A stretch of 64,000 nucleotides of DNA from Yuukianura sp. NJ FZ-2021 (GCA_046563655.1 CM102290.1:5456001-5520000); one strand, 5' to 3'. Positions 12,323 to 34,141 are shown, counted from the first letter of the stretch. The notes: generated from the sequence alone by a model not told the origin. Numbers and translations are program-made.

Positions 12323-13034
12323 GGTAACAACAAAATTTACTACCTTCCGAGACGGAATATGACAATGGACTAATTGGCTTTTTGTTGGATTTTGAATTTT
12401 GGACTAATTTTTTGTCCATAGTTGTTGATTACTCGATTTTACATAAAAATTTAAAAGTTTGAAAAAACGTTTTAGAGTGAATGAAATCCGAGGATTTCAT
12501 TTTGTTAATGTTGATCCATAATCCTTTGTTGGATTAATCCAGCATTCTTCCATCAAATCCATTGATTGGAAAATGGGGCTAAAACAATGAAATGTTTGAA
12601 TGATAACAAATTAAGAAGCTTAAAAACATCAATACACGATGCATCACAGTTTAAAACAGAAACCTAAACTTAAAAATTTCAATTGCAGGTTACTTTAGAA
12701 TTTCAAATTCTGAAAAACGTTAGAATTACGTAAATTGTTGTGTCAGTGGGTCACTAGAACGAACTTTGATGCTAAACTACGTTGGCTAGGTTAGTAATTG
12801 CTTCATCAGAATTCAAATTTACAGGTTCAAACCATGACTAATGCCAAAATTAAAATTCCTGCCAAAATTCAAAAACATAAAACTCAACCGGTAAATCCAA
12901 ACGACACATAAATGCACAAAGCAAAGGAAAGTTTAAAATTATTGACCTAGGATTTCCTAAAACGCAGGATTTCGTGAGACCTAGATCAACTTGAAAGTAC
13001 ATTTAGGAAAGGTCAAGGGTCAAGGTCACAATTA

Positions 13035-13040
13035 TTTATT
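13035..13040 (-). terminator. Probable polyadenylation signal of ovo/svb
   Basis: AATAAA on the minus strand ~500 nt downstream of the stop codon. Confidence 0.4.
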
Positions 13041-13204
13041 ATTTGATTTCATTATTTGAATTAACATAAAGTTCCGTCTCTACCAGAATGAAGATCGACA
13101 AACGCATTGGATTCCTAGGGGGTATATGTACATAATACGCAACAATACAAATCGTCAGTCCCGTGCTTTCAGCATAACCGTACTTGTCCCAAAACGTATA
13201 TAAA

Positions 13205-13470
13205 AGAAAACACTCAGTGTTTTCGCAAAACACCGAGTGTTAAACACAGTGTTTTTCGAAACAGAATGTCAAACACACTGTTTCCAGAAAACCGTGCGTT
13301 TAACACACTGTTTCCAGAAACCGTGCGTTTAACAGTGTTTCCAGAAAACCGTGCGTTTAACACACTGTTTCCAGAAACTGAGTGTTAAACACAGTGTTTT
13401 TAGAAACTTAGTGTTAAACACAGTGTTTTTTAGAAACGGAGTGTTTTTCGAAAAGACGGAGTGTTAAACA
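13205..13470. repeat. ~31-bp tandem repeat (AAACACAGTGTTT core) in the ovo 3' UTR
   Basis: About 8 units with quasi-palindromic cores. Confidence 0.88.
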
Positions 13471-13537
13471 CCTACTTGTGATTGTATGAATTAAGAGTGA
13501 TAGTCTTAAAAACAGTTGCTTATGATTGTTAATTGAT

Positions 13538-21877
<8,340 letters not shown>

Positions 21878-22399
21878 CGTGGAGCACTTAAGTCCTCCAA
21901 GGAGGATCAACAGTCACTGGATTCCCAGGGCGCTGGAAGTCCCTGTAGCACGTGGTACACTGTCTAATGTTGCCACAACTATGTTGCCACAAGTATGTTG
22001 CCACAAATGTGTTGGTCCTTGGTGTGAAAGTACTTGTGATCCGAGTGGACTCCAAGGATGAACTGACGGGAACAGGTAGGATTCATTGCCAAGGCTAAAC
22101 AGTTAGGCTCTCCTCATCACCTCACCCTCTTCTCAAAACTACCCCACACTTAAGAGCGCCAAAAAAAAAACATCACGTCGGCCTCCCTGTCCCGGCAGAA
22201 ACAATTTGGCCACGTCCAAAAATTCAATAAAAAGTCAAATTCAAATTCACGTCGCGGATAAATTCAGCCAATATTTCCTTACTGTGCATACTAATGCCAG
22301 AAATCGACGGAGATTTTTAACTTTTGAACTCATTTTCATACTGCCTTAATTATAACGAACATAAATAAAAAAACAATCAAATAATTTATAATAAAACCT

Positions 22400-22590
22400 T
22401 TTGAAATCCATTTCAAACGCCTACAGCTACAGTTCAAACGTTTTTAAATACGTTTTAAATAGTTTTAGCTACATTTCAAACGTTTTAAATGGTTTTAGCT
22501 ACATTTCAAACGCTTTAAATAGTTGTAGCTACATTTCAATCGTTTTAAATTGTTTTAGCTATATTTCAAACGTTTTTACATATGTTTTAA
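22400..22590. repeat. 30-bp tandem repeat (TTTAGCTACATTTCAAACGTTTTAAATAGT)
   Basis: About 5 units. Confidence 0.88.
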
Positions 22591-23974
22591 AAGTGAGTTT
22601 TTTTGTAGCGGTGCGTGATTTCCTTCTTGGTTTGTTTCGTCCAAGCCCAGTGGCTGAATTGAGTTAGTTTCTGCCGCCAGATTTAGTTATGACCGGCTAA
22701 AATGTTTCCGCGGCCGAAACTGTGGCAGAAAGAGTTACGGAGGAGGGAAGAAGAAGCTTTTTGATTGTTGTGCCACTTGTGGATTATTTAAGCACACTCA
22801 TCGCCCTCCCTTAATAACTGTACATTTCATCTCCATTTCGTTTTCATCCCGCCAGTACATGAAAAGTGGACTTCATAACCCAATCTCAAATTGCAATTCC
22901 ACCTACAACTTTTTACAAAACATTTCAACAGTTATCACACTGAAAATAAAAGTTACACTTTTCAAAATTACCAAAAATATCAACTTTTTTTTGAAAAGTT
23001 GGTCTTTGAACTCTGGAGTGGACCTCGGCTGTAATCAATGTGTTTATCTTAAGTGTAGAACTTAGCTTAAGGGTCAACGACCTGCCAAACATTACCCCCA
23101 AAATGAGTTTTCCAAAATAGAACTTTTTCAAAAAGTAGATTTTTAGAAAATGTCACTTCTGTCGTCAGTTGAATAGTTTTGCTAAGGGCGGAAGAATACC
23201 GTTGAGACACAGAAGGGGTGAGGACCCTTAAGGTCCCTCAAACCATAAGAACTTTAAATTTAGAAATTTGAACAAAAGAAGGCCCTTTTCCTATCACTTT
23301 CTGCCCATCAACTTCCTTCAAAATCCATTTTCTAAAATTTTGAAAGCTGTTCAAATGGTTTTTTTGGAAATTGGTTTATTATTTTCCTTGTACTTTGGAG
23401 AGAGAGAGTCGTAAAGAGGTTTTGAAGGAATCCAAGGTCAAGGAACCCTTGAACAGAGGATGTCCAGGTTGGATTTCACTTTTCATGAGCCCTTCAAGGG
23501 CCCATCGCTAGTAATTCGATCACCTTCTATTTAGCCTAATGACAAGCCTCTTTCCGCTTCTCAAATGCACAATAAACAGCAAAAGAACAAACAAAACTAA
23601 AAAAGCGGAAAACGTTTGAATTTTTTTTTACAATTTTGGAATAGTAAAAAATCCTTTGTACATTCAGGTTTCAATGAGCAGCATTTTTTTTTGTGAAAAA
23701 AAAATTTCTCAAGGCTAAACGGGAATTTGAAAGCGAACACTTGAGCTTTTTCTTTCAAAATCCTTCAAAAATTTCATTTTTCATTACAACAAGGAAATCC
23801 AAATTTTGATTTTAGTGAATCAAAAAGTGGAATTTGCAGAATGGACTTTTGAAGGCTTAATTTTTTTTGAAATTGCTGAAACTTTTTAAATGAAACTGAA
23901 ATTTCTAACGGATTTTTGTTATTCTTTTTTTTTTTTGGAGTGCGTCGTCTTGGATGGAGCTGGAATGTTTTAGT

Positions 23975-24193
23975 CAAGGTTCGCAAAAAAAAAACTTTTT
24001 CTATACCAGGTTGTCCAGTAACTCGAGGTTTTAAACTTTGTTTGAAAGTAGGAAATCTGCCTTTCTGTGGTAATTTTTTGCATGTATGGAAATGGGATTG
24101 TTGCAGAAAGTTTGAAATAAATTTTTTGGAAACCCTGAGTTATTGGACAACCTATTGTAAATTAGTTGTAGATTGGTTGCTATAGCAACCTTG
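23975..24193. mobile_element. CAAGG-family MITE (CAGGTTGTCC subterminal type)
   Basis: CAAGGTT...AACCTTG; perfect 8-bp TSD GTTTTAGT. Confidence 0.92.
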
Positions 24194-25305
24194 GTTTTAG
24201 TGAAGCAAATGGATTGGGTTGATGATCAGAGGGAAAATCCAGGTTAATTGTTGAGTCCGCCGAGTCCTTCCGACTGCGGACTCGTGAGTTTTGAGTGTGG
24301 TGAGTTTTGGTCGGCTGGTCCATTGTTGTGTCCCATTGTTGTTTGGAAGTCAGAAGTTGTGAGGAAGAGGACTTGTGTGCCCGCGAGGCGTAGCCGGCCA
24401 ATGACCCCTCTCTTCCCTCCACTTCCTGGTTCGGATGCGGAAGAGATCCCGTTCCAAGTCCATGCACAAACGACGTCACCACAACATCCACCCACACCCA
24501 CCCTCCCCCTCCATCACTGACACAATGCAACAGTCACAGGTCAACTCCATTCATCCACGCTTCAAACCAACACTTTTTATGCTAATCAACAGACTTCCCA
24601 AAAATATTTTCTTAAAACAGGCCAAATATTTAAATAGGAAATATTTTTAATCAAAAACCTCAAAATATTTACTTAATTAGCATTAAGGGTATGGGAAAAT
24701 TCATAAATATTTAGTAGATAATAAAAAAACCGAAATATTGATTTCCCTAACATTACGGAAATGGAAAATAAATATTTTTTCCATGTGCAGGACTCACGCC
24801 AATCAAACATTTTTACAATCTTTAATTTCAGGTTTAATTTTTCAAGGAGTTATCGGACTCTCTTTCTTTGTATGGTTTCCATTTTTTTTTCAGTCTTTAA
24901 CAATTTTTACCTTGGTTTTGCCCATTTTATTTAATTTTTGGGACAAACACTAAAAAGGGAGAATAAAATTTATAAAGGGTGGCAATATATTTTGTAGTTT
25001 TTTAGTTTGTTTTTCAAAATGTTTTTTTGAAAGTAGTTTTTGAGTTTTTTGAAATTGTGGAAGGTCAGTTTGGAGATGTTGGTTGTAAAGTGAAACTGAA
25101 AGGGACTGTGAGTTGAAGTGCCAAAATGTTGTTGGTCCGTGGTTTATTGCTGACGTTCTTCTCCCAACACCTAAAATTCAATTTCCAAAAAAAAAAAAAA
25201 AAAAAATCAAAAAAGTTACCTCCAATTTGAAATGAGTTTATTACGACAACATTTACTGCTGTTCAGGTGAGGTCACTCATCCATCACCATCCACTCAGAC
25301 AGCAT

Positions 25306-25543
25306 CAAGGTTGTTAAAGCGCTCATTTATACAAATGCACAGGTTATGCCATAACTCCGATCTCAGGAAAAGTGATGCAATCTAGCTAAGTCTCAGGAAA
25401 AGCTTAAATTTCTATTTGATGAAATCTAGCTGTCTCAGGAATATCTAAAATTTGTTCTTGATGCAATCCAGCTATGCCTCAGCAATACCTAAAATTTGAT
25501 GAAATAAAGTTAAAGAAATAGTATTTCTTGTTTATCCACCTTG
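25306..25543. mobile_element. CAAGG-family MITE, degenerate
   Basis: Ends match those of the copies at 35943 and 44793; TSD not recognisable. Confidence 0.65.
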
Positions 25544-26587
25544 GGTCAATTCCTGACAGGTTGAATTTTAAGCCAAGTCAATCGTTATTGGTAAGTTAAA
25601 TTTTTTTAATCCAAGTCAATTGGACAGAGTTTAAATTCACTTTTATTAAAGTTCAGTTAAAAAGTTTAGTTTTAACACAACGTAGTGTTGTTTCACAAGA
25701 GATTACACTTGCAGAAGCTTTTGAAGCGGGAGAAAGTTGTTTCGACGGATTCCCGGGAGCGGGACTTTTGTTGATGCGTGTGTAATCCGTTGTGTACTGT
25801 GCATTTTTGAAGAAGTGGAGCGTCCTCTGTGTTTTGTAGGCACAACTACAGTTGTTTTGTGAGTCAGCCAACAGGAAGTGTCACACCGAGGCGTTGGAAT
25901 GTGAGTGAATTTCAGTTTTTAAAAAAAGTACTGTGGAATGTAAGCAACTGGGTTTGTAGGTCCCCGGGTATTTTTAAACTTTGAACTTTTGGCAACATTT
26001 CCAATGTTTCTCTCGCACCCTTCACAACTCACCAAAACTGCAACATTCCTCTGGATTAAAAAAAATCCAATGTCTCAATTCTAAAAAAAATTCAAATAGA
26101 ATTTGAAACTTAAAAAAATGTGAAAAAGGAGGTTAAACGGTGAATCTCACAAATTGATTTTAATTCAAGTGACACAGGAAGTGTCAGATTTTCTTGGAAA
26201 CGTTTTTGACATTTTTTTTTGAATTGTTCGAAATTTTGAAATTTTGAAAATCAGAGTTTATTAAATTTAGAGTGGTGGAGTGAAAGTGGGTTGCGTCTGC
26301 TCTTATTTTGAGATGGTGATCTTTTGTCTCAGTGGATGACGCAGACAGAAGGAAAGCCAAAGTGCATCATGATCCCAATTCTTGTTTATGCGTAAGCAGC
26401 TTACATGTCACATTCCCCACTTCCGCATAAACACACATTTTCAGCCTAACTTACATCATTGTTAGAGTTAAAGTTAACATTAAAACTAAATTTCTTAAGG
26501 CCAAGGCACACTCCGTCGCAAAACGTACAAAATTCATCGCGAAAAAAAAAGAAAATAAAGGCCCGCGAATACCCAAAAGGATGTGAC

Positions 26588-26975
26588 CATTGTTGCTGGA
26601 TATCCACTTCTTCGACATTTCTTCCACGGCTGGATATCCAGTGGAAGAAATGGATGAATCCAAAGGGATAGAGCTTTGCCCGCGGTTTTGAATAAATTAA
26701 ATACGAAAAACTTAAACAATTCAATATACCGTACAAAGACGAAGAAAATATAATTTTTTATGAGTTTTAAATAAATAATTAATATTAATGATAAAAGAAA
26801 CTCTTTTGGATATTATTTTGTAATTTGAAGTTTTAATTTTTTGAATTTCGTGCTAAATTCTTAATTTCTTCCATCCACTAAAGTTTCATCCATTTGGGGT
26901 GCATTTCTTCCAGTGGATATCCAGTGGAACTGGCAATTAAGCCACTACTGGACGTTTAGGCGTCCAGCAACACTG
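26588..26975. mobile_element. hAT-like MITE (CA(G/T)TGTTGCTGGA termini)
   Basis: TIRs CATTGTTGCTGGA / TCCAGCAACACTG; 8-bp TSD GATGTGAC/GTTGTGAC; internal TGGATATCCAGTGGAA repeats; two more copies in the window. Confidence 0.9.
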
Positions 26976-28438
26976 GTTGTGACCTTCCGTAGGAATGTTG
27001 TGACCTGCGTTTGCGTTTGAGGTGATGAATGAGTGGATTGTTGCGTCGGGTGGTGCGTGTGACGCATGGAGCTGTGCTGGCTACTGGCCAAGTAGGGAAC
27101 GGCACGTGGCGAAGCGTCAATCAATTGGTGCTGACGTCAGTGGAGCCCCATTCAGCGATTCCCTTTCATTCACAAAATGCCCATTGAGGAGAGCCACATT
27201 CAGTCCCACCACAAACACACGCACCAACGCACGCACTTTCTCCACCAAAACACTCCACCCAACACCAGAACCAACGCAGTCTGCTCCCACCTTCACCCAC
27301 GACCGGACGCACTTCCTTCACTCCCGCAATGTCACGCAATGTCGCCACAAAACTTAACTGTGTTTAACTTTAACTTCAATGTTCAACTCATGTGACCTTC
27401 AGTTCTTCGGAAACCAAAAGGAAACAGCCGTTTCACGAAAAAGTTTCACGTCGTTCACGAATAATTTTTTTCCAGGTACTCAAAAATTCCGTTTTTTTTT
27501 AATTTCACTAACGTTGGTGTGGATTGGGCTTAACAGAATTTCCAAATTTTCAAAGTCATACTTCCGCGCCGTTTAAAAAAAAAAGTTTCAAGGAATCAAT
27601 TTTTTGTTGCGGTCGAAGACATTGTTAATTTTTGGTTGTTAGGAAAATTTTTCCAATATTGTTGCGGTTTTGAAATTTGAAAATTGAAATGTTAAGGGCT
27701 TAGGCAAGCTAATTTAAAAATTGTTTCAAAAACGTCCTGAATCAATTTTGTCATCTTTGAAAATTGTCAAATTGTCAAAATTGTCAAATTTTGAATCAAT
27801 TGGATCAAATTTGACGTTGTGCGACCTTTGCTTGGAGGTCAAAGGTCACTCGATCAGGGAATAACATCGACAATGGCGTGAGAAGGAAAAGTTTGCAAAG
27901 GAAGGTGGAAGTGATAGCGTCTTAATTGATTCTGCCAAAGTTTGAATTAGTGTCATGTTGGCACCGCTTCTTCCGAGAATTTTTGAATTCTTTAGGACCT
28001 CAACACGTTCTGATCTTCATTGAATTTCAACTCATCAATTTTCAAATTTCAAAATCAAAACCACAATTTCGAAATTCGTTTCATGGAGCTACAAAATCTT
28101 TGAATTCGTTTTGCGCGAATATGTTGGACGGTACATCCGAATTTTTGAAGTTCATGTGTTCGTTCCCGCTCTTTCGAAAATTTTGACACCGTCATACTGC
28201 GATTTCAAAAAAAAAAGTGAAAGGTCAAGAGTAGAGTGTGAAAAAAAGCAGTGTATCTTTTGAGTGTTGACAGAATTCTGTTGACGCAACGCATTCCTAA
28301 GTGTAATTGAGATTGCTTGGAAGTAAGAAACAACAGGCCAATCGGCATGTCACTTTGGCGGATCACCGGAAGCATCTTGGAATTGTCGGAACTTGATCAT
28401 TTCCAATATTCCGTAATTTTAAATGAACGTCTTTTACC

Positions 28439-28460
28439 ATCGGTTGCCATGGCAACCGAT
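28439..28460. promoter_or_regulatory. RFX X-box within a perfect 22-bp palindrome ATCGGTTGCCATGGCAACCGAT
   Basis: Exact consensus and palindrome. Confidence 0.5.
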
Positions 28461-31400
28461 ACACACTTTATAACCTGCTCCAGCTCCGTTTTATGTAGAA
28501 ACCAAGCGTCTTTTCTTTTAGTCTAATTTTCTCTGGCCTAAAAATTGAATTCACTTTTTCGTTCAAGTTAAAAAACATTTCGCTTCCAACGGAATTTTGA
28601 ATTTCAAAACCCATTTTTGGAAAAATTTCTGAAACGATGGTTTCCTTTGTGAAAAATTGTGTGAATGCCAAAAGAGGAAAGTGTTTACTGCTAGCGAGAT
28701 TTGCGGTGAGGCTGCTGTTGGTTTGTGCCACCGGTGACCCCGTGACCTTTGGATTTTCGGAGTCTGAGTTGGGAGGGTTTGTGAATCGATTCATTCATGT
28801 GAGGGGTCGGCTGGAGGGGGCGAGGGGTCGGCTGGGTGGGGAGGGTGGGTGGTCGGGAAGTGCGTAACTCTCTTACGCACTTCTTCTAACTTTCTCCTGA
28901 GAATTGGCTCCTCTTCGACCTTTAGCTTCATTCTTTATGCTCCACGCGCCGCTCCCTCCGTCCCCAATTCAAGCCTATGACGCAAACCCCCCCCCCACCT
29001 CAACCCCCCCCCCCACCCTAAAAATAGAACCACCACTAATAATAGATCCGCTGCCTCAGACTCATTCACCAAACGCAGTCCACGCACTCGCACTCCACGC
29101 ACTTTCTCTCCTCGCACTTCTCTCCTAGGACTTTCTCTCCTAGCACTTTCCGGTATATACCCAGTGCGTCACGGAGAAAGTCCATTATGGGAATACTTCA
29201 GGTCTCAAACTTTCAAATTTAAAAAAAAAACAGTTTTCTTTAAAATAGTTTCCATTTAAAAAAAATTAACAAAAAAAATTATTTGAAACGATTGTTTTTT
29301 ATTTAGTTTTCCATTGTTAAAAACTTAAAAAAAAATGACAGCTTTTCCCAGAAATTGAGTTTCACGTTATGTTTTCTTCCTTTGTAAAATAATGATGTTT
29401 TTTTGAAAAAATGAATTGAGCATTTCTGATTTTTTTTTTCGAAATTTTGAACCAGTGTTTTGTATTAGTTTTAGGTGTGAGTGTGTTTTGATTGGAAAGG
29501 TGAGAGGAGAAAGTGGTTGAGTGAAGTGATTTTGTCACCTCGCGAGTCAAATCCCGTCTTTCCATGAATGCTGAATGAGGGATGGGTGAAAGTCCTTGTC
29601 CTTCCCATGGCAGCTTGACCTACTTCTGGAGGAGGAGGAGGAGGGGGAGGAGGAGGGAGGAGGAGGAGGGGAGTGCGTAGGGACTGGGGCAGTGGAGGGG
29701 TGATGACGTGCGTGGGGTTCATTGGCCTGGATCCACGTGGGCCAGGAGAAAGTTCCTTTCTCTCTTCAACGCACTCTTTTGACGCATGTCAGTTCGAACG
29801 CAGCTCCCGCTGACCCACTTTCTCTTTTTTTTTGCTAAAAAGTTCTGTGTAGCTCTTCCAGCAGCCCCTTGACCTTTCGCCTTCACACGCACAGAACGCA
29901 GCAGAACAGACATGAATGGAGACCTCAAACTACTTTCTCCATCCTACGCAATCACAAAACTAAACTCAATTTGAAAAAAAAACTCTTATTTTAGTTTTTT
30001 CAAAATTCAAACAAAATGGATGCAATTAATAAAAAAAGAAGCGTAAAAAATATTTTTTTAAATCAACTTCAAATATTGTTAAACCAGCTCCCACGACCGT
30101 GTCAGTTTAAAAAAAAAGGTGAATTTTTTTTCTTTTTCTTTTCTTTTTCTTTTTTTTTTTTTTTTGAAATTTTGAATTATTCAAATTTCTCCGACTTTTC
30201 TGGGAAATGGAATGTCGTGAATGAAATTGAGTTGTTATTAAAATGGTTAGATGCGAAATCCTCTGCAGTTAATTTCTATCGTTTTCGTTTTAACTTTTTT
30301 CTCTTGCAAATTTAAAATTTCCCGGATTCTGACGCCTTTTGTGCGAAATGGAGTGTGTCAAAGTTTGAACTCTGAGAAGAACGTTGGGTTTTCTGTAAAT
30401 TGGAAGTTTTTGAGTTTGAATTTGAGTTTGGCGCCCTTCGACCTTTTGCTGCCACGAGCTTGTGGTCAGAGATGAAATCAAATTAGAGTAGTCTCTCAAT
30501 CAACAACTCAAATATCTCCCACCGTCAAACTCAAATATTTCCCGCTCTCTTTTGAATTTGGCGTAATTAGGTAAAAGGACGGTTGGATAGAGAATGATCC
30601 GAAAAGAGCCTCTTTGGAGATGCTCATTGAGAGGACGTATGAATTTGTGAATGGAGTTGGTGTGACATGTGGGTCATTGATTTGGACATGGCAGGAAGAA
30701 TGTTGAGTGCGTCAGAGACTGGATTTGGCGCACTTCCGCCCAAAACGCACCACGCACTTTCGCACACAACGTGAATGGCAAAGGTGGATGTGAGAAACCC
30801 AGGCCTCAATCTCTCCCGCAGCCTCCTCAATGAACAACCTCCTCAGCCTTAATGAATGAAAACATAACAGGTAAGCAACATACACTTTCAAAAACACCGC
30901 CAAAAAATATTTTCAAAATTTAACGCTCAAAAATTCACTCACTAACTTTCTATTCCTCTAGCTGCGTCGTAAATCACATTTTAAGGTTTCAATTTTTTCC
31001 GGTTTCAACAAAATCCAAATTTTTCCGGGTTTTAATAAAACCCAGCTTTTTGTTTTAATTTTCCGCTTTCCGTTTTGGAATTCTGCTAGTTAAACAGACA
31101 AATTTTTCTATTAAATTTTTAGCTTTTTCAAATTTGGAATTCTGCTTGTTAAACAGACTTAAATGTGTTTCTATTTCTAAAACTTTGGTGTTTCAATTTC
31201 TAAAATTTTTGATTTTTTTTTGGGAAACGGATTGGAGAAAGTTTGGTGCTGGTGAAATGTGATTGATGTTTGAACTGGTTTCAGGTAAAGGCAAAGGTCA
31301 CTCCGAATTATAGACGTGAGACAATGCCGAAGCGGAGCCGTTGGACTGTTGATGAATTGTCGTTGATCAAAATGTGGTTGGTATGATTACACGAGCTGAG

Positions 31401-31517
31401 CAATTGGTTGTTGATGAAGTTGGAGGAAGTGAAAGTTGATCCTGTTGATTCCTCATTCCTGTAAGGATTCCTGTTGTCCTCCACATCCTCTCACCTGTCC
31501 TAATCAGCCTCTGGAAT

Positions 31518-31650
31518 CCAATTATGTCCAATCCCATGCCTATAAATACTGGCTCCACCCCAGCCACTGCCACTGACCACGCAACCACTGGACAAGCAGC
31601 ACGGTGACCTCTGACCTCTGCCCAAGCAGCACGGTGACCTTTGACCTCTG
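31518..31650 (+). promoter_or_regulatory. Candidate proximal promoter of mir-210: CCAAT boxes, TATAAATA, duplicated DR1 elements
   Basis: TATAAATA 31541-31548; 30-bp direct repeat carrying TGACCTnTGACCT at 31605-31617 and 31635-31647. Confidence 0.45.
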
Positions 31651-31675
31651 TCAGCCCCCCACTCGCTCCGTTGTC

Positions 31676-31746
31676 CATAACAGCCGCTGGACATTGCCCA
31701 AGACAGACTGATTGTGAGGGCTTGTGCGTGTGACAGCGGTTATTCT
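31676..31746 (+). ncRNA. mir-210: microRNA mir-210 precursor
   Basis: 3p arm CTTGTGCGTGTGACAGCGGTTA (31721-31742) differs by one base from the protostome miR-210-3p as I recall it (CUUGUGCGUGUGACAGCGGCUA); 5p arm AGCCGCTGGACATTGCCCAAGA (31682-31703) pairs with it and resembles miR-210-5p. Confidence 0.93.
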
Positions 31747-32809
31747 GGCTCAACCAAGTCATCGGGTGGTGGGGCTTAGTGGGTTCCTCTTTGGTGGGTT
31801 CACGTAAGTGGCTTTAATCTTCTTTTTTTGGAGTGTTCCTAAGGATGTGGTTCATTTCCAGCGTCTTACAGTCGGAGTCGTTTAGAGGCCAATTTGGACC
31901 AATTTGATTTGTGATAGAAAATAGGAATTCAGGAATTCTGGGAATAAAGAAAGGGAGGGGGGTGATGCAAAGAGGGGGGGGGGTTAGGAAGAGAGGGGAG
32001 GGGTGGAAGTAGTTGTCGCTTGTATGGCTTCCGGTTGCCGTTTTCGCTTCAGCGGATGACACCTTACCTACGGCTTCTTTTACACTGGAACACTTCTTCA
32101 CGAAATCGCTAAAGCTACGGCATCATGCATCCAAATCCACCGAAGTTCAAAAAAACTACTTCTGAATTAATTAGAAAATGAATTACTTCGGAATTACCCA
32201 AAATATACTTGGAAAACATATTTAGGCTTTGTTTTTTTTAACTGTCAGCCTACATAGTAATTACTTTAGTATACTCAAAAGCGTATTCTTAGTTGGTGTC
32301 ACAATTTCAATGTTTCGTCAATCATCCCCTAGCAAACTCTCTAAAAAAAAGCGTCTCTAACAATTTTAAACAAGTTTAAATTTTAAACAAGTTGTATCTG
32401 TTTTTTTAAGGATTATTTACTAAATAATATTTATTAACACAACAGGACTGGATTTGTAATGATCTGTTTGGATCTGTGTCTGTTCTATCTGGTTGGATTC
32501 AAAAACGATCAAAAAGCTTCGAGTTTTTCTCGAATTTGAAAAAAAAAGAAGTTGGATTTGGAATCATGCGTGTGACAATGAATTGAATTCCTGTTTTGTC
32601 TGGACTATTTTAATTGCCAATTGTTTAAAATGTTGATACATTTGTTAATTATGTCAATTGTGAGTAAAGTAGTGTCTGAGTTTAATTTCTAATTGAAGTT
32701 AGAGTAAACCGAGATGGAATTAAATTCCAATTTGGAAACTTTTGTTCATGGGAAAGGAGACATAAAAATGTGATATTATTAGTAGCCAAAGCTACTTTAT
32801 GGTTTGGGC

Positions 32810-33165
32810 CACTGTTGGTGGATGCTTAAACGTCCAGTGGCATAATTCCCACTTCCACTGGAAGAAATGTGCCCCAAATGGACGAAACTAATAGTGAATG
32901 GAAGAAATCAAAAATTTAGCGCGAAATTAAAAAAAAAAAACTGATATCGAAAAACTTTCCTTTCACCATTGAAATTAATTATATATTTAAAACTTATTTA
33001 AAAACGATATTTTACTTCGTTATTGTACTAACTTTCATGTTTTTGGCCTTTTGTATTTAAATAATTCAAAGCTCCGCCCCTTTGGATTCATCCATTTCGC
33101 CCATTTCTTCCACTGGATATCCGGCCGTGGATGAAATGCCGAAAAGTGGATATCCACCAACACTG
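32810..33165. mobile_element. hAT-like MITE, inverted copy of 26588-26975
   Basis: CACTGTTGGTGGA...TCCACCAACACTG termini; internal sequence colinear; TSD decayed. Confidence 0.88.
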
Positions 33166-34001
33166 GTGGCGTCAAATGTCACACCATAGTTGGAACTACG
33201 GCTTCGTTAGTCACTCTTATGCAAACCCTTCTCAACTAACGGACTCTAATCACCATTTCGCTCTGTGTTCTAAAAATTGTGCTGCGATGTGCAAAATATT
33301 TGCAACAACTTTACCACTTTCGTCATCTTTCCAACTGATAAGAAGAGTAAATGCATACAAGAAACCACATAAAAATTACTCATACTAAATGTACTAAATA
33401 GAAATTCCAAAAACGAAAAATTAGGACAAAACCAAAACTCAAAAAAAAAAAAAACTTTGTAAAAAATCGTTTCACTGTAATGTTTTGAAGTAAACCTACG
33501 TCAATTAAAAATAATAAAAAAATAAATGACGTAAAAGTTTAAACTTGGGCGTGTGAAAGGTCACAAAAGTTCACGTTTTAAACTATCTACTTCTTAGTAG
33601 TGATAAATTTCGTTTAATTTCGTTTTTTAAGTAAATGGCGCATTGCCTTTTAGCCTTTTGCCCTCTCATCGTCCTTGTAGTTTTAAAAAACCCAAACCAA
33701 GTAAAACTTGGGTTAAAACGTTGTGTTAAAAGTTAAACTTGTTGAAAATTAAAATGAAAAATTTCCCAAATAAATTGAAAATTACGTAAAAACAACAAAA
33801 GATGAAAACTTTTGTTTAAATTTTGGAAACTGAATCGTTTGAGGGCTCAATCTCGGTAATTCCAATGAAACCATCGATTAATAACTAATCAATCAGTCAG
33901 TTATTGACCAACTGCAGCCTATTTTTAACAACAAAACATTGATATTACGTTTGGCATGAGTCATTTTGGGTACGAAATAAAATGTACAATGGATGTGTTG
34001 T

Positions 34002-34015
34002 GTTTCCATGGATAC
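34002..34015. promoter_or_regulatory. X-box-like element GTTTCCATGGATAC upstream of the ferritin long-isoform ATG
   Basis: Near-palindromic RFX-type motif ~130 nt upstream of ATG 34142. Confidence 0.4.
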
Positions 34016-34141
34016 TGTATAGTGTCCATTCACTTCTGTTGATGTACTAATTAGTATCAGTAAGCAGTCCAGCAGCATTAAGTGATGAATTGGTTAATTG
34101 AATGACTAATATTAATTGTCACGTTGTCATAGTTCTGGAAG

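Noticed and set aside
22030..22061. CDPSGLQG* resembling the Pri/Tal LDPTGxY peptide near svb
   Set aside because: Poor motif match, no short ATG-initiated ORF, no repeated copies.
25934..25955. TGGAATGTAAG, miR-1-like start
   Set aside because: Match ends after the seed region and no hairpin partner is evident.
32124..32568. CATG...CATG P-like element with CCAAATCCA inverted ends
   Set aside because: Short imperfect inverted repeat, no TSD, no second copy in the window.
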